20,569 nt of DNA from Nitrospirota bacterium (GTDB lineage Bacteria > Nitrospirota > UBA9217). Positions 7,865 through 16,139 of this stretch are shown in pieces. A model generated the notes under the pieces. That model made no database searches. It was not told the origin of the DNA and worked only from the letters and a program-made list of their open reading frames with translations. A program made the translations under genes and the position numbers. How positions within the stretch are numbered: the stretch's first letter is position 1; the number at the start of each line of letters is the position of its first letter. The DNA lies in the NCBI GenBank assembly GCA_029858565.1, contig JAOUEV010000057.1, forward strand, positions 1-20,569, in the 5' to 3' direction.

Positions 7865-7891
7865 CTGGCACTCTGTATCTACGAGTGCTAA
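7865..7891 (-). promoter_or_regulatory. CIRCE element (HrcA operator)
   Basis: The minus strand reads TTAGCACTC-gtagataca-GAGTGCCAG against the consensus TTAGCACTC-N9-GAGTGCTAA. Confidence 0.9.
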
Positions 7892-7896
7892 TTCAA

Positions 7897-7925
7897 AATA
7901 TAATACTTGAGTGTGTTCTTGTCAA
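7897..7925 (-). promoter_or_regulatory. Sigma70 promoter of the hsp20 operon
   Basis: Minus-strand TTGACA (7925-7920), 17-bp spacer, TATATT (7902-7897), directly upstream of the CIRCE. Confidence 0.75.
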
Positions 7926-8195
7926 GTAATATTATTAGCATTTAAATACAATAGGTTAAGCGTTATGCAAATATACGAACGGAAACAATAGACTTGGATA
8001 GGAATTCGGGAAAAGGCAATTTGGACGTTGAGAAGATCGGATCAAGGCGGAAAAAAGAGTGCGGACAATAACTTTCACAGAGCTGGAACGATCATGGTTC
8101 TGAACCTCGCTCTGAGTCATAAATTACCGTTTCCCGGTCAATGACTTCATGTTAAAATCCATTGCGTGATCCGATGAGATTCACAAAGGTGAGCA

Positions 8196-8924
8196 ATGGA
8201 CCAGGAACAGGCGCTGGAACTGAAGCAACGGGAATTCAACGAAGCCATGGAACGCTACGAGAAGGTCCCTGTCTATAAAGTGATCTACAAGGCGGTATCG
8301 GTGGTCAATGTTTCGCTGCAGATCTACTTGCTCTATCTGGTCCATCCTCTTTCCATCGGCCTGCCGTTGCAGATATTTTCCTTTTTCGCCGCTTATCTGG
8401 CAGCGGACTTCCTGAACGGCCTGGTCCATCTGTTCATGGACGGGAACGACGACTATACCTCCCCTGCAGGCCCGCTTGTCGCCGCGTTCCATCTGCACCA
8501 CCGGACGCCGCTCTACAAGAAGAACAATATCCTGCTGGTCTATTTCAATGAGACCGGAGCAAAGAACTGGCTTGTGGGATATCTTCTCCTGGCGGTTCTG
8601 TTGATCAGGACAGCGGCTGTCCCTCCGGTCCTTTCGTGGATCATGGTCTATTTCGGCATCCTGTCATCGGTTGCGGAGGTGTCTCATTACAGTTGTCATG
8701 TCACGGATTCAAGGATCGTGCAGTATTTACGATATCTCGGATTGTTCCTCACGAAAAAGCATCACGGTCAGCATCATATTTCCGATAATGTGAACTACGC
8801 ATTCCTGAACGGCTTTACCGATCCGCTGCTGAATATGATCGCCAGGAGGTTCTCACGGGGGTACAAGAACAGGACGGACAGGCATTATGCGACGTATACC
8901 GGAGCCGGAACAGCGAATAGATGA
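8196..8924 (+). CDS. CarF/TMEM189/FAD4-family lipid desaturase
   Basis: Hydrophobic helices plus the family His boxes ADFLNGLVHLFMD, FHLHHRTP, SHYSCH and HHGQHH, then NYAFLNGFTDPLL. Confidence 0.8.
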   Translation: MDQEQALELKQREFNEAMERYEKVPVYKVIYKAVSVVNVSLQIYLLYLVHPLSIGLPLQIFSFFAAYLAADFLNGLVHLFMDGNDDYTSPAGPLVAAFHLHHRTPLYKKNNILLVYFNETGAKNWLVGYLLLAVLLIRTAAVPPVLSWIMVYFGILSSVAEVSHYSCHVTDSRIVQYLRYLGLFLTKKHHGQHHISDNVNYAFLNGFTDPLLNMIARRFSRGYKNRTDRHYATYTGAGTANR

Positions 8925-8928
8925 TTTT

Positions 8929-8977
8929 GGAATGCGGGATGCGGAACTCGGAATGTAAACTGCGGAGTGCGGAGTAA
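8929..8977 (+). repeat. 7-bp tandem array after the desaturase stop
   Basis: Units read GGAATGC GGGATGC GGAACTC GGAATGT AAACTGC GGAGTGC GGAGTAA. Confidence 0.8.
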
Positions 8978-9011
8978 TTTGGAGGACAATTATCAGGCTA
9001 GATAGTAAACG

Positions 9012-9038
9012 AGGGCAGGCGGATCGCCTGCCCTTTTT
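9012..9038 (+). terminator. Rho-independent terminator
   Basis: AGGGCAGGCG-GAT-CGCCTGCCCT followed by TTTT. Confidence 0.85.
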
Positions 9039-9078
9039 CTGTAAAGACTGAGGATAGAGCCACTAAAACAATTCGATA

Positions 9079-9165
9079 TTCTCACGAAGCCACGAAGGCG
9101 CGAAGGAAAGCCGTTCAAAGCGTTGCACGGTCCCTGCTTCGCGGCTTCGTGACTTCGTGCGAGAA
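9079..9165. repeat. Inverted pair of 8-bp tandem arrays (long hairpin)
   Basis: Left arm CACGAAGC CACGAAGG CGCGAAGG (9083-9106); right arm GCTTCGCG GCTTCGTG ACTTCGTG (9136-9159); outer TTCTC/GAGAA. Confidence 0.75.
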
Positions 9166-9407
9166 CAGGTATAACGACAGGGTCAGCTGAACGTCGCTCT
9201 TGTGGTTCCCGCGCTTTGGAAACAGGCCCGGCCCATCAGGAACGACGAGAAAAAATGGTCTCGGTTTTGGCCAAAATTGCCCTTTTTGTGTTCCTTGATT
9301 TGTGTTATAGTCGTCGCACAAGAGTTTCTTCCCTGTCATTGCAGGCGATCCTTTGAGCATGCTGGTATCCGCTGTCGCAGGCGGGGCGGTTCCCGGGGAG
9401 AGAATGC

Positions 9408-9830
9408 ATGAGCATCATTCGAACAAGCAAGACCGTGCATTACGAGATCAACGGCAAGCGCTACGACCGCATCGAGGACGTGCCGCCGGAGTTCCGCGAA
9501 ATGATCCGGCAGCTGAACGAAAATCCCGAAGCGTTCAGGAACAAGACCGTGGCCGCGGTCACGACCTCCGTTTCCGGCGGGATAGGGGGAGATCCCGCGG
9601 GATCGTCGTTCGCGGACCATCGCGAGAAGTTCCTGCGCGAAACGGTCCTTCCGAACCTTCATCTTCTGGACCCGAAAGCGCAGGCAGAGGTGCTGCGGGA
9701 GATCGGCGGGGAAACCGAAACACAGCCGTCCCAACGAAGCACGATCATCTGGATCATTGTGTATGTACTGGTGGGGCTGCTGTTGCTATTCGGATACAAC
9801 GCCATAAGGAATATGGTCGTTGCGCCATAA
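9408..9830 (+). CDS. Hypothetical protein with a C-terminal transmembrane helix
   Basis: RBS GGGGAG; YEINGKRYDRIEDVPPEFR segment; TM segment IIWIIVYVLVGLLLLFGY. Confidence 0.7.
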   Translation: MSIIRTSKTVHYEINGKRYDRIEDVPPEFREMIRQLNENPEAFRNKTVAAVTTSVSGGIGGDPAGSSFADHREKFLRETVLPNLHLLDPKAQAEVLREIGGETETQPSQRSTIIWIIVYVLVGLLLLFGYNAIRNMVVAP

Positions 9831-9872
9831 GGGAAGGGCATCGCCGGAAGAAGGTTTCGGGAAAGGGAAAGC

Positions 9873-10538
9873 ATGTTCGAGAAACTGAAACAAGTTCTCA
9901 AAATGATGACCGTTGTTCCCGTGCCTTTTGATCCCGCCAGGTTCGGCGATCAGATCGCATCACAGACCGAGTGGACGCCGGCAAAGCGCGGGGGCGCCAG
10001 TTTCCGGACGCACAAGCTGGCCATGGCGAGCACGACCAGGATCGAGTTCCGTGCTGCCTTCGGCGCCTTGCTCTTTTATCTGCTCTTCTTTCTCGCCGGT
10101 CTCGGAGCGTTCCTTGCCATTTCCATCCCCTGGTTCCTTGGCAAGCGAGGCTCTTTTGACATGGGTCTGCTCATCCCGATCTGCATAAGCTGGATCTTCA
10201 TAGCCGTCGGCGCGTACCTGTTCTACGCCGGGACCGCTCCTATTGTGTTCGAAAAAGGACGGGGCGTGTTTTGGAAAGGACGCAAAGGGCCTGATGACGA
10301 GGTCATGAGCAGGAACAGGAGAGACTTCGTGCGGCTCGATCAGATCCATGCAGTGCAGTTGATCGCCGAGTACATCACCGGCAAGAACTCTTACTATAGT
10401 TATGAAATGAACCTGGTGATGGCCGACGCCAAACGGATCACGGTCATCGATCACGGGAACCTGGAGAGGATCCGCGAAGATGCCAAAACCCTGGCCATGT
10501 TCCTGGGAAAGCCCTTGTGGGACGCGACAATAAACTGA
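9873..10538 (+). CDS. Hypothetical membrane protein (2 TM plus soluble C-terminal domain)
   Basis: Two hydrophobic helices; C-terminus YSYEMNLV...AKTLAMFLGKPLWD; co-oriented with its neighbours. Confidence 0.8.
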   Translation: MFEKLKQVLKMMTVVPVPFDPARFGDQIASQTEWTPAKRGGASFRTHKLAMASTTRIEFRAAFGALLFYLLFFLAGLGAFLAISIPWFLGKRGSFDMGLLIPICISWIFIAVGAYLFYAGTAPIVFEKGRGVFWKGRKGPDDEVMSRNRRDFVRLDQIHAVQLIAEYITGKNSYYSYEMNLVMADAKRITVIDHGNLERIREDAKTLAMFLGKPLWDATIN

Positions 10539-10543
10539 CCTGG

Positions 10544-10594
10544 GCCCCTCACCTTGATCCTCTCCCCTCGGGGGAGAGGGTAGGGTGAGGGGGC
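10544..10594. repeat. BoxC-like palindromic element
   Basis: GCCCCTCACCTTGATCCTCTCCCC-TCG-GGGGAGAGGGTAGGGTGAGGGGGC, a near-perfect hairpin right after a stop codon. Confidence 0.8.
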
Positions 10595-10639
10595 TCGGTC
10601 CGTATGTATCAATACTTATTTCAACAAGGAGACCGCCGA

Positions 10640-11230
10640 ATGCTGAACAGAAAGAACTTCTTTATCCGCGAGCATGTGGGGTTCATGAAACTGTCCGATA
10701 CCTATGACATCCTGGACCCGGAGACGCAAAAACAGGTGGGGATCGCCAGGGAGAAACCGGGAACGCTCATTCACGTGCTTCGTTTTCTGGTGAATAAACG
10801 TCTCCTGCCCACAAAGGTCTTTGTGTACGAGGGAGAAAATCACGAAGATGAGAGCAAACTGCTCTTCTCGATCCAGCGCGGCGTCACCCTGTTCCGGTCC
10901 CGGGTCAATATTCACGATAAGGGCGGAGCAATCATCGGCTGGCTCAAGAGCAAGGTGTTCTCCCTGGGCGGGGCCTTCTATGTCTATGACGCCGCTGACA
11001 ACGAGGTCGCTTTTGTAAAAGGCGATTGGAAAGGCTGGAACTTCCGCTTCTTGAACAAGTCGGAGCGGGAACTGGGCACCATCACAAAGAAGTGGGCGGG
11101 CATCGGCAGGGAGCTTTTCACCTCTGCGGACAACTATATGATCGCGTTGAACCAGGAAGCGACGCCGGCGCAGGCTATGCTGCTGCTTGCGGCGGGTTTG
11201 GCGGTGGATACGGTGTATAAAGAAAGATAA
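10640..11230 (+). CDS. LURP-one/phospholipid scramblase-like (Tubby C-like) protein
   Basis: YDILDPET, VKGDWKGWNFRF, GTITKKWAGIGRELFTSADNY and a C-terminal buried helix LLLAAGLAVD. RBS AAGGAG favours ATG 10640. Confidence 0.8.
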   Translation: MLNRKNFFIREHVGFMKLSDTYDILDPETQKQVGIAREKPGTLIHVLRFLVNKRLLPTKVFVYEGENHEDESKLLFSIQRGVTLFRSRVNIHDKGGAIIGWLKSKVFSLGGAFYVYDAADNEVAFVKGDWKGWNFRFLNKSERELGTITKKWAGIGRELFTSADNYMIALNQEATPAQAMLLLAAGLAVDTVYKER

Positions 11231-11318
11231 TGGGGGGTGACGTACTAACCAAGCCTGGAATATCTCATCTTTTCAGGCCTGATCCCCAAGTGTTCCCATA
11301 CTGCTTTCAGAGGTTGTC

Positions 11319-12749
11319 ATGCGCAAACGCACCAAGATCGTCGCCACCATCGGCCCGGCAACGAGTTCGCCGGCAATGATCGCCATGCTCATCCGGGCGG
11401 GCATGGACGTCGTCCGGCTCAATTTTTCCCATGGTGACCGGAAGGCCCACAGCGAGCGCATCCGCCTGGTCCGCAGGGAAGCGAAGCGGCTGGGCCGCCA
11501 CATCGCGATCATCCAGGACCTTCAGGGACCGAAGCTCCGGGTCGGCAGGATGAAGAACGACGCCGTGCTCCTGGAGCGGGGTGCATTCGTCACGCTCACC
11601 ACGAAGAACGTCGTGGGCACAAAGCGGCTCATTTCGATCACCTATCCCCGCCTCACCGGGGACCTGAAGCCGAACGACACGGTCCTGCTCGATGACGGCC
11701 GGCTCACCCTGACGGTCATGGAGCGGGGACGGGACACGATCGAATGCGTGGTTGTCCGCGGCGGGGTCCTGAAGAGCCACAAAGGTGTCAACATGCCCGG
11801 CGCCCGGCTGACCCTTCCGTCCCTCTCGCGCAAGGACAAGGACGATCTGCGTTTCGGCATCGCGCAGGGCGTGGACTACGTCGCTCTTTCGTTCGTGCGC
11901 ACGGCCGACGACGTCCAGGCGGCCCAAAGGTTCATCCGCGTCGCCGGTGCGGGGATCCCGGTCATCGCGAAGATCGAGAAACCCGAGGCGATCCGGAACC
12001 TTGCGGAGATCATCGCTGCCGCGGACGGCATCATGATCGCACGGGGAGACCTGGGCGTCGAGATGTCGCCCGAGGAGGTGCCGCTGCTCCAGAAGCGGAT
12101 CATCCTGGCCTGCAATGAGGCCGAGAAACCGGTTATCACTGCGACCCAAATGCTCGAGAGCATGATCGAGGCCCCCCAGCCCACGCGGGCAGAGGCCTCG
12201 GACGTGGCGAACGCGATCCTGGACGGCACGGACTGTGTCATGTTGTCGGGCGAGACCGCCGTGGGAAAGCACCCGGTCCTGGCCGTGGAAGTGATGGCGA
12301 GGATCGCCGCCCATGCCGAGACCTCGCTCACCCAGCTGCCGCCGGACAAGCATATCGGCGGGATCGGCGAAAGTATCGCCCACGCCGCCTGCCGGGCCGC
12401 ACAGGAGCAGCAGGCAAGGGCGATCGTGACCTTTACCCAGTCCGGCAGCACGGCGCTGCTCGTTTCCAAGCACCGGCCTGACGCGGATATCATCGCGCCC
12501 ACGCCTTTCGAACGGGTGGCGCGGAAGGTCGCTCTCTACTGGGGAGTGATCCCGGTGATCCTGAAGCCGCGGCGGACCACCGACGCCATGATCATGAGCG
12601 TGGAACGGATCATGCTCAAGAAACGGCTCGCGCGCAAACACGACCTCATTGTCCTGACCGCCGGCGTGCCGATCGGTGTGGCAGGCAGCACGAACATGAT
12701 GAAGGTCCACCGCGTCGGGGAGACCAGCGGGCTTGAATCGCGCAGTTGA
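11319..12749 (+). CDS. pyk: Pyruvate kinase
   Basis: TKIVATIGPA, RLNFSHG, DLQGPKLR, IAKIE, MIARGDLGVE, TATQMLESM, PTRAEASDVANA, DCVMLSGETA. Confidence 0.98.
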   Translation: MRKRTKIVATIGPATSSPAMIAMLIRAGMDVVRLNFSHGDRKAHSERIRLVRREAKRLGRHIAIIQDLQGPKLRVGRMKNDAVLLERGAFVTLTTKNVVGTKRLISITYPRLTGDLKPNDTVLLDDGRLTLTVMERGRDTIECVVVRGGVLKSHKGVNMPGARLTLPSLSRKDKDDLRFGIAQGVDYVALSFVRTADDVQAAQRFIRVAGAGIPVIAKIEKPEAIRNLAEIIAAADGIMIARGDLGVEMSPEEVPLLQKRIILACNEAEKPVITATQMLESMIEAPQPTRAEASDVANAILDGTDCVMLSGETAVGKHPVLAVEVMARIAAHAETSLTQLPPDKHIGGIGESIAHAACRAAQEQQARAIVTFTQSGSTALLVSKHRPDADIIAPTPFERVARKVALYWGVIPVILKPRRTTDAMIMSVERIMLKKRLARKHDLIVLTAGVPIGVAGSTNMMKVHRVGETSGLESRS

Positions 12750-12788
12750 TCATTTTATGGGGGGGCGGGAAAATACGAGAGTAGCAAG

Positions 12789-12824
12789 CCCCCCTCACCC
12801 AGCCCTCTCCCGCGAGGGGAGAGG
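12789..12824. repeat. BoxC-like palindromic element
   Basis: CCCCCCTCACCCAGCCCTCTCCC-GCGA-GGGGAGAGG downstream of pyk. Confidence 0.75.
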
Positions 12825-12972
12825 ATAAGGTAAATAAGGGGACGCTGGTTCCTACGGTGCATTGCCGCAGTATCAAATATATATTCACAATGTACTCTGA
12901 GAACCAATGTCCCTAAGTTGGCCCCAGTTCTCCCTACACTACCCATGTATTCCCATAAAGGAGTATTCAGAA

Positions 12973-14139
12973 ATGGCGACCTCAGTAATCGCTGCAATTG
13001 AAACATTGATGAGTCTTCAGCGCTGGAATGTCATGCCAAGGATAGAAAACTGGACAGAAGCTGAAAATATTGCCTATACTACGCATGTTACATATGCACT
13101 TGCGCGAGAACTTGAATGGAATGACGATAAGATTCAACACGCGATGATGAGGGCGCTGCTAAAATCCCTTAACAAGCATTTTTTGGCAGACATTCCGGTG
13201 AAATCGAGACGTGTATTGCGCTTGATATCTGATGGCGAGGGTAAACAATCATACGAAAAACTAATCAATGAATATGCAAAGAAAACAGCACGCCTTTTCC
13301 CTAGAGAATTATTCCGAACCATAGAATGCTACATGACTATTCATGGAAACTATTCGGATGGACTCGAAGGGCGTGATAGGGAAGAAGTGGAAGAACTTGT
13401 ACATTTTGCTCAACATAAAGTTGCGCTTGATGAATGCGAAATAAATGAAAAAGTTTATCCTAGTCGTGGCTATGAGATAATACACAAGGATATTGAAGAA
13501 CGCCTTAACAAACTGGATCCTGACAAACGCTATAACAAGGTATACGAAGAAATTCGATTGTACCTTGGCACCGTTAAGAACCTCAAGTATCTAAGACGAT
13601 GGAACCGAATTAACAGGACAGTCGAGACCTCTGTACTAAGTCATACGTTCGTGGTGACGATTCTGTCGCTCATGTTTGCGCTGTTGTCCGCGCATTCTGA
13701 TAAAAAGATAAAAGATGGAACGGTCTTAGATGCAATATTGCGCGCCATGTTCCAAGGCTTTCCAGAGACATTGACGGGGGACATTATCACTCCTGCAAAA
13801 GATATCCTCAACAGGTCCTGTGATGGTATATGGGATAAGGTTGAAGCCACTCTAATAGATGTTTTTTTATCAGAACAAGTGCCTAAGGGACTTCGTGGCG
13901 ATATGTCCAAGAAACACTTGCTCGATGAACTCTCCGATTCTGAAAATTATACTGTTGCTTCTCTCGTAAAGGATTGCGACCGCCTTGCGTTGGTACTTGA
14001 ATGCCACATTGAAGCTAGAAATGGTAATATAAATGTCGAGATGACGAGTGCATTTAAAGATTATCTTGCGGTGCTTCAAGGTTCAGAATGGCGTGGGATT
14101 CGCGAATTTGCGCAAATGATCGCTATCGAAAGCCGCTAA
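12973..14139 (+). CDS. Tandem YfbR-like HD-superfamily protein with degenerate HD motif
   Basis: Two repeats of the YfbR-type RW motif (SLQRWNVMPR; LKYLRRWNRINR) and ETSVLSHTF. AMFQGFPETLTGDIITPAK corresponds to the family pattern LFHDxxExxTGDIxTPxK, followed by VKDCDRLALVLEC. RBS AAGGAG favours ATG 12973. The gene is AT-rich. Confidence 0.78.
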   Translation: MATSVIAAIETLMSLQRWNVMPRIENWTEAENIAYTTHVTYALARELEWNDDKIQHAMMRALLKSLNKHFLADIPVKSRRVLRLISDGEGKQSYEKLINEYAKKTARLFPRELFRTIECYMTIHGNYSDGLEGRDREEVEELVHFAQHKVALDECEINEKVYPSRGYEIIHKDIEERLNKLDPDKRYNKVYEEIRLYLGTVKNLKYLRRWNRINRTVETSVLSHTFVVTILSLMFALLSAHSDKKIKDGTVLDAILRAMFQGFPETLTGDIITPAKDILNRSCDGIWDKVEATLIDVFLSEQVPKGLRGDMSKKHLLDELSDSENYTVASLVKDCDRLALVLECHIEARNGNINVEMTSAFKDYLAVLQGSEWRGIREFAQMIAIESR

Positions 14140-14353
14140 ATGCTTTGAAGTAATGTCCACTTGAAGTCTTTAAATTGAAAAAACGAGAAATCATGAGGTA
14201 ATGTGCTTTCGTGTAATTACCGCAGCCGGGTTAGGCAGAGCGTCTTTTGTGAAACCTACGTGGCTGCAATTCCTTTGGGCATTATTGCGGGACACGAGCT
14301 TGCGCTTTAATAGCAATGAGGTCGAGAATAGTTATGTAAGAGGATAATAAGTA

Positions 14354-15055
14354 ATGAATCTCATCGAGTTTTTTAAATCACAATTTGGTATTCCTGCATC
14401 AGTGATATTTATTGGCAGTTTGTTGGTGTGTCTTGGTGCTCTTTGGGCAGCGCGGGAAGCTCTTCAAAATGAGCGCAAGCTAAATGAGAAGAATGAGCAA
14501 ATTGCGGAATTGACCATTAAGAATTTGCAGCTTAGTGAGGAAAATAAGAAATTGATAGAAAATTCTTTGGCTGAGCTCACCGGTGGCCAAAGCTGGGCAT
14601 ACCTTGATGTCGGTGTGAGAACGAAAAAAGGAATCATGCCAACATCTGGTATTGTCCTTATATGTGTTGGTAAACATCCCTTGACCGACGCAAGGATCAC
14701 TATTATGAAAAGAGAAAAAAATGATGAATCAGGCGGTCAAACATTTGTTGGGGTTGCTAAATACGAGCTTCCTGTGATAAAGCCTGTATCTTTAGCAAAT
14801 TCCAATTTACTGGGAACGTGGAATTTGCAGGGAACAGATGATATCGTTTTTTTGGTTAATATAGAAACAAGAAATGTATCAATAGAGCAAGCTATCTATT
14901 TCAAGCGAGATGCCGATAATAATTGGCTTATGGGTACAAAAGTCCAGCGTCATGTGCCTCTTGGCAATGGCGGCTTTAGACCCGAAATTCTGTTGGAGCG
15001 TTTTGATCACGGTTTCGCCACTGACGGGTTGCGATGGCCAGGAATGTTCAATTGA
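14354..15055 (+). CDS. Hypothetical protein with N-terminal TM, coiled coil and beta-rich domain
   Basis: RBS GAGGA; TM VIFIGSLLVCLGALWAA; heptad-like segment LQNERKLNEKNEQIAEL; AT-rich. Confidence 0.75.
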   Translation: MNLIEFFKSQFGIPASVIFIGSLLVCLGALWAAREALQNERKLNEKNEQIAELTIKNLQLSEENKKLIENSLAELTGGQSWAYLDVGVRTKKGIMPTSGIVLICVGKHPLTDARITIMKREKNDESGGQTFVGVAKYELPVIKPVSLANSNLLGTWNLQGTDDIVFLVNIETRNVSIEQAIYFKRDADNNWLMGTKVQRHVPLGNGGFRPEILLERFDHGFATDGLRWPGMFN

Positions 15056-15205
15056 GAATGGACAGCTAGGGGGCCGTTGTATCCTAAAAGGACTTTCCCA
15101 TTCGGGAGCGATGCACTTAATATAGGACACACGTTATAAGTTCGTATCCAAGATTCCCCCTGCTATTTTAACGAAGCAAGGCCGGCCGGCCAAAAGAGAG
15201 GACAT

Positions 15206-15982
15206 ATGATGAAGAGGATTTCTATCGCGGTTTTATTGTTATTGCTCCCGATCCCTGTCTTCGCAGGACCCGAGCTTAAAGGTTCGACCGAAGAGCTGAG
15301 AAGCTATCTCTTGGATGAACGCTCGATTATCGTAATATCAGGAACCGGCGAAGAACGCGTGCGTGCGGACACGGCCATAGTTTCTCTCATGGTGAAAACA
15401 AAAGAGGATAAATTCCAGGCCGCGCTCGACAAAAATATTGCGATACGAAAAGAGGTTAAAAGCAAACTGCTCGCCGCAGGCGTTCCGGAAGAGAACGTGG
15501 AGATGGCGAAGTATTCATCGACGCCTTCCTACAGCTGGCTGGGAGACAAACCTACGAGCTACGGGATCACCAACGAGATCATGATCACGATCGATAAGGA
15601 ATCCCAACTGTTGTTGATCGCGAATCTCGTCGATACGATCAAGGAAGTATATTTCCTGAGGACCGAACTCAAACACACGAAAAAGCAGCCAAGCAAAACA
15701 AAAGCGCTGGAGAGATCGCTTGATGATGTCATTGCGAAGAAGCAGCTATACGAAAAGTCACTTGGCATTTCCCTGTCTCCCGTTCGCGTCGTTGAACAAG
15801 CGGTAACGGAAGGGCAGCCGGTCAGATTCACCCAGGAACCGAAGAAGCTGTATGGTTCCCTGTCTTCGGCGTCCGATGTGAGCGGTGAATTCGGCAAAGG
15901 CGAGGGCACTCCCGGTTTCGGAGAGATCGTCTACAAAGCGCAAACGCACGTTGAGTTTACCGTGCATCCGAAGCGATTATGA
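15206..15982 (+). CDS. SIMPL (DUF541)-domain periplasmic protein
   Basis: Signal peptide, then IVISGTGEERVRADTAIVSLMV, AKKQLYEKSLGISL and the terminal GEIVYKAQTHVEF, all typical of SIMPL. Confidence 0.8.
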   Translation: MMKRISIAVLLLLLPIPVFAGPELKGSTEELRSYLLDERSIIVISGTGEERVRADTAIVSLMVKTKEDKFQAALDKNIAIRKEVKSKLLAAGVPEENVEMAKYSSTPSYSWLGDKPTSYGITNEIMITIDKESQLLLIANLVDTIKEVYFLRTELKHTKKQPSKTKALERSLDDVIAKKQLYEKSLGISLSPVRVVEQAVTEGQPVRFTQEPKKLYGSLSSASDVSGEFGKGEGTPGFGEIVYKAQTHVEFTVHPKRL

Positions 15983-16139
15983 TAGGATCTCGGATAGCTG
16001 GACGGACGTTGCTCGAAGGCGGAGAAGGGACGTTATTTTTCTAAATGGATTTTCCCATTTGGGGGCAATGTACATCAGGTGGGACACAACGTCCCTACTA
16101 TCTCGACCAAATACTAGGTCATTAAAAAAAGAAATTCCG

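Noticed and set aside
9353-9931. Alternative 192-aa ORF overlapping 9408-9830
   Set aside because: It has the Arg-rich composition typical of an off-frame reading; the 9408 frame has an RBS and a TM helix.
11307-12710. 467-aa minus-strand ORF and other long antisense ORFs (88-828, 1131-1874, 5192-5914, 16323-17168)
   Set aside because: These are shadows of well-supported GC-rich plus-strand genes and have no recognisable motifs.
14140-14353. Integron attC site (GTTATGT before the 14354 gene, GTTAGGC near 14232)
   Set aside because: No matching RYYYAAC inverse core with a complementary attC stem was found after the upstream stop, and there is no integrase in the window.
15885-16139. 85-aa N-terminal extension of the HEAT protein
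   Set aside because: It overlaps the SIMPL gene and crosses intergenic-like DNA; the signal peptide begins at ATG 16140.
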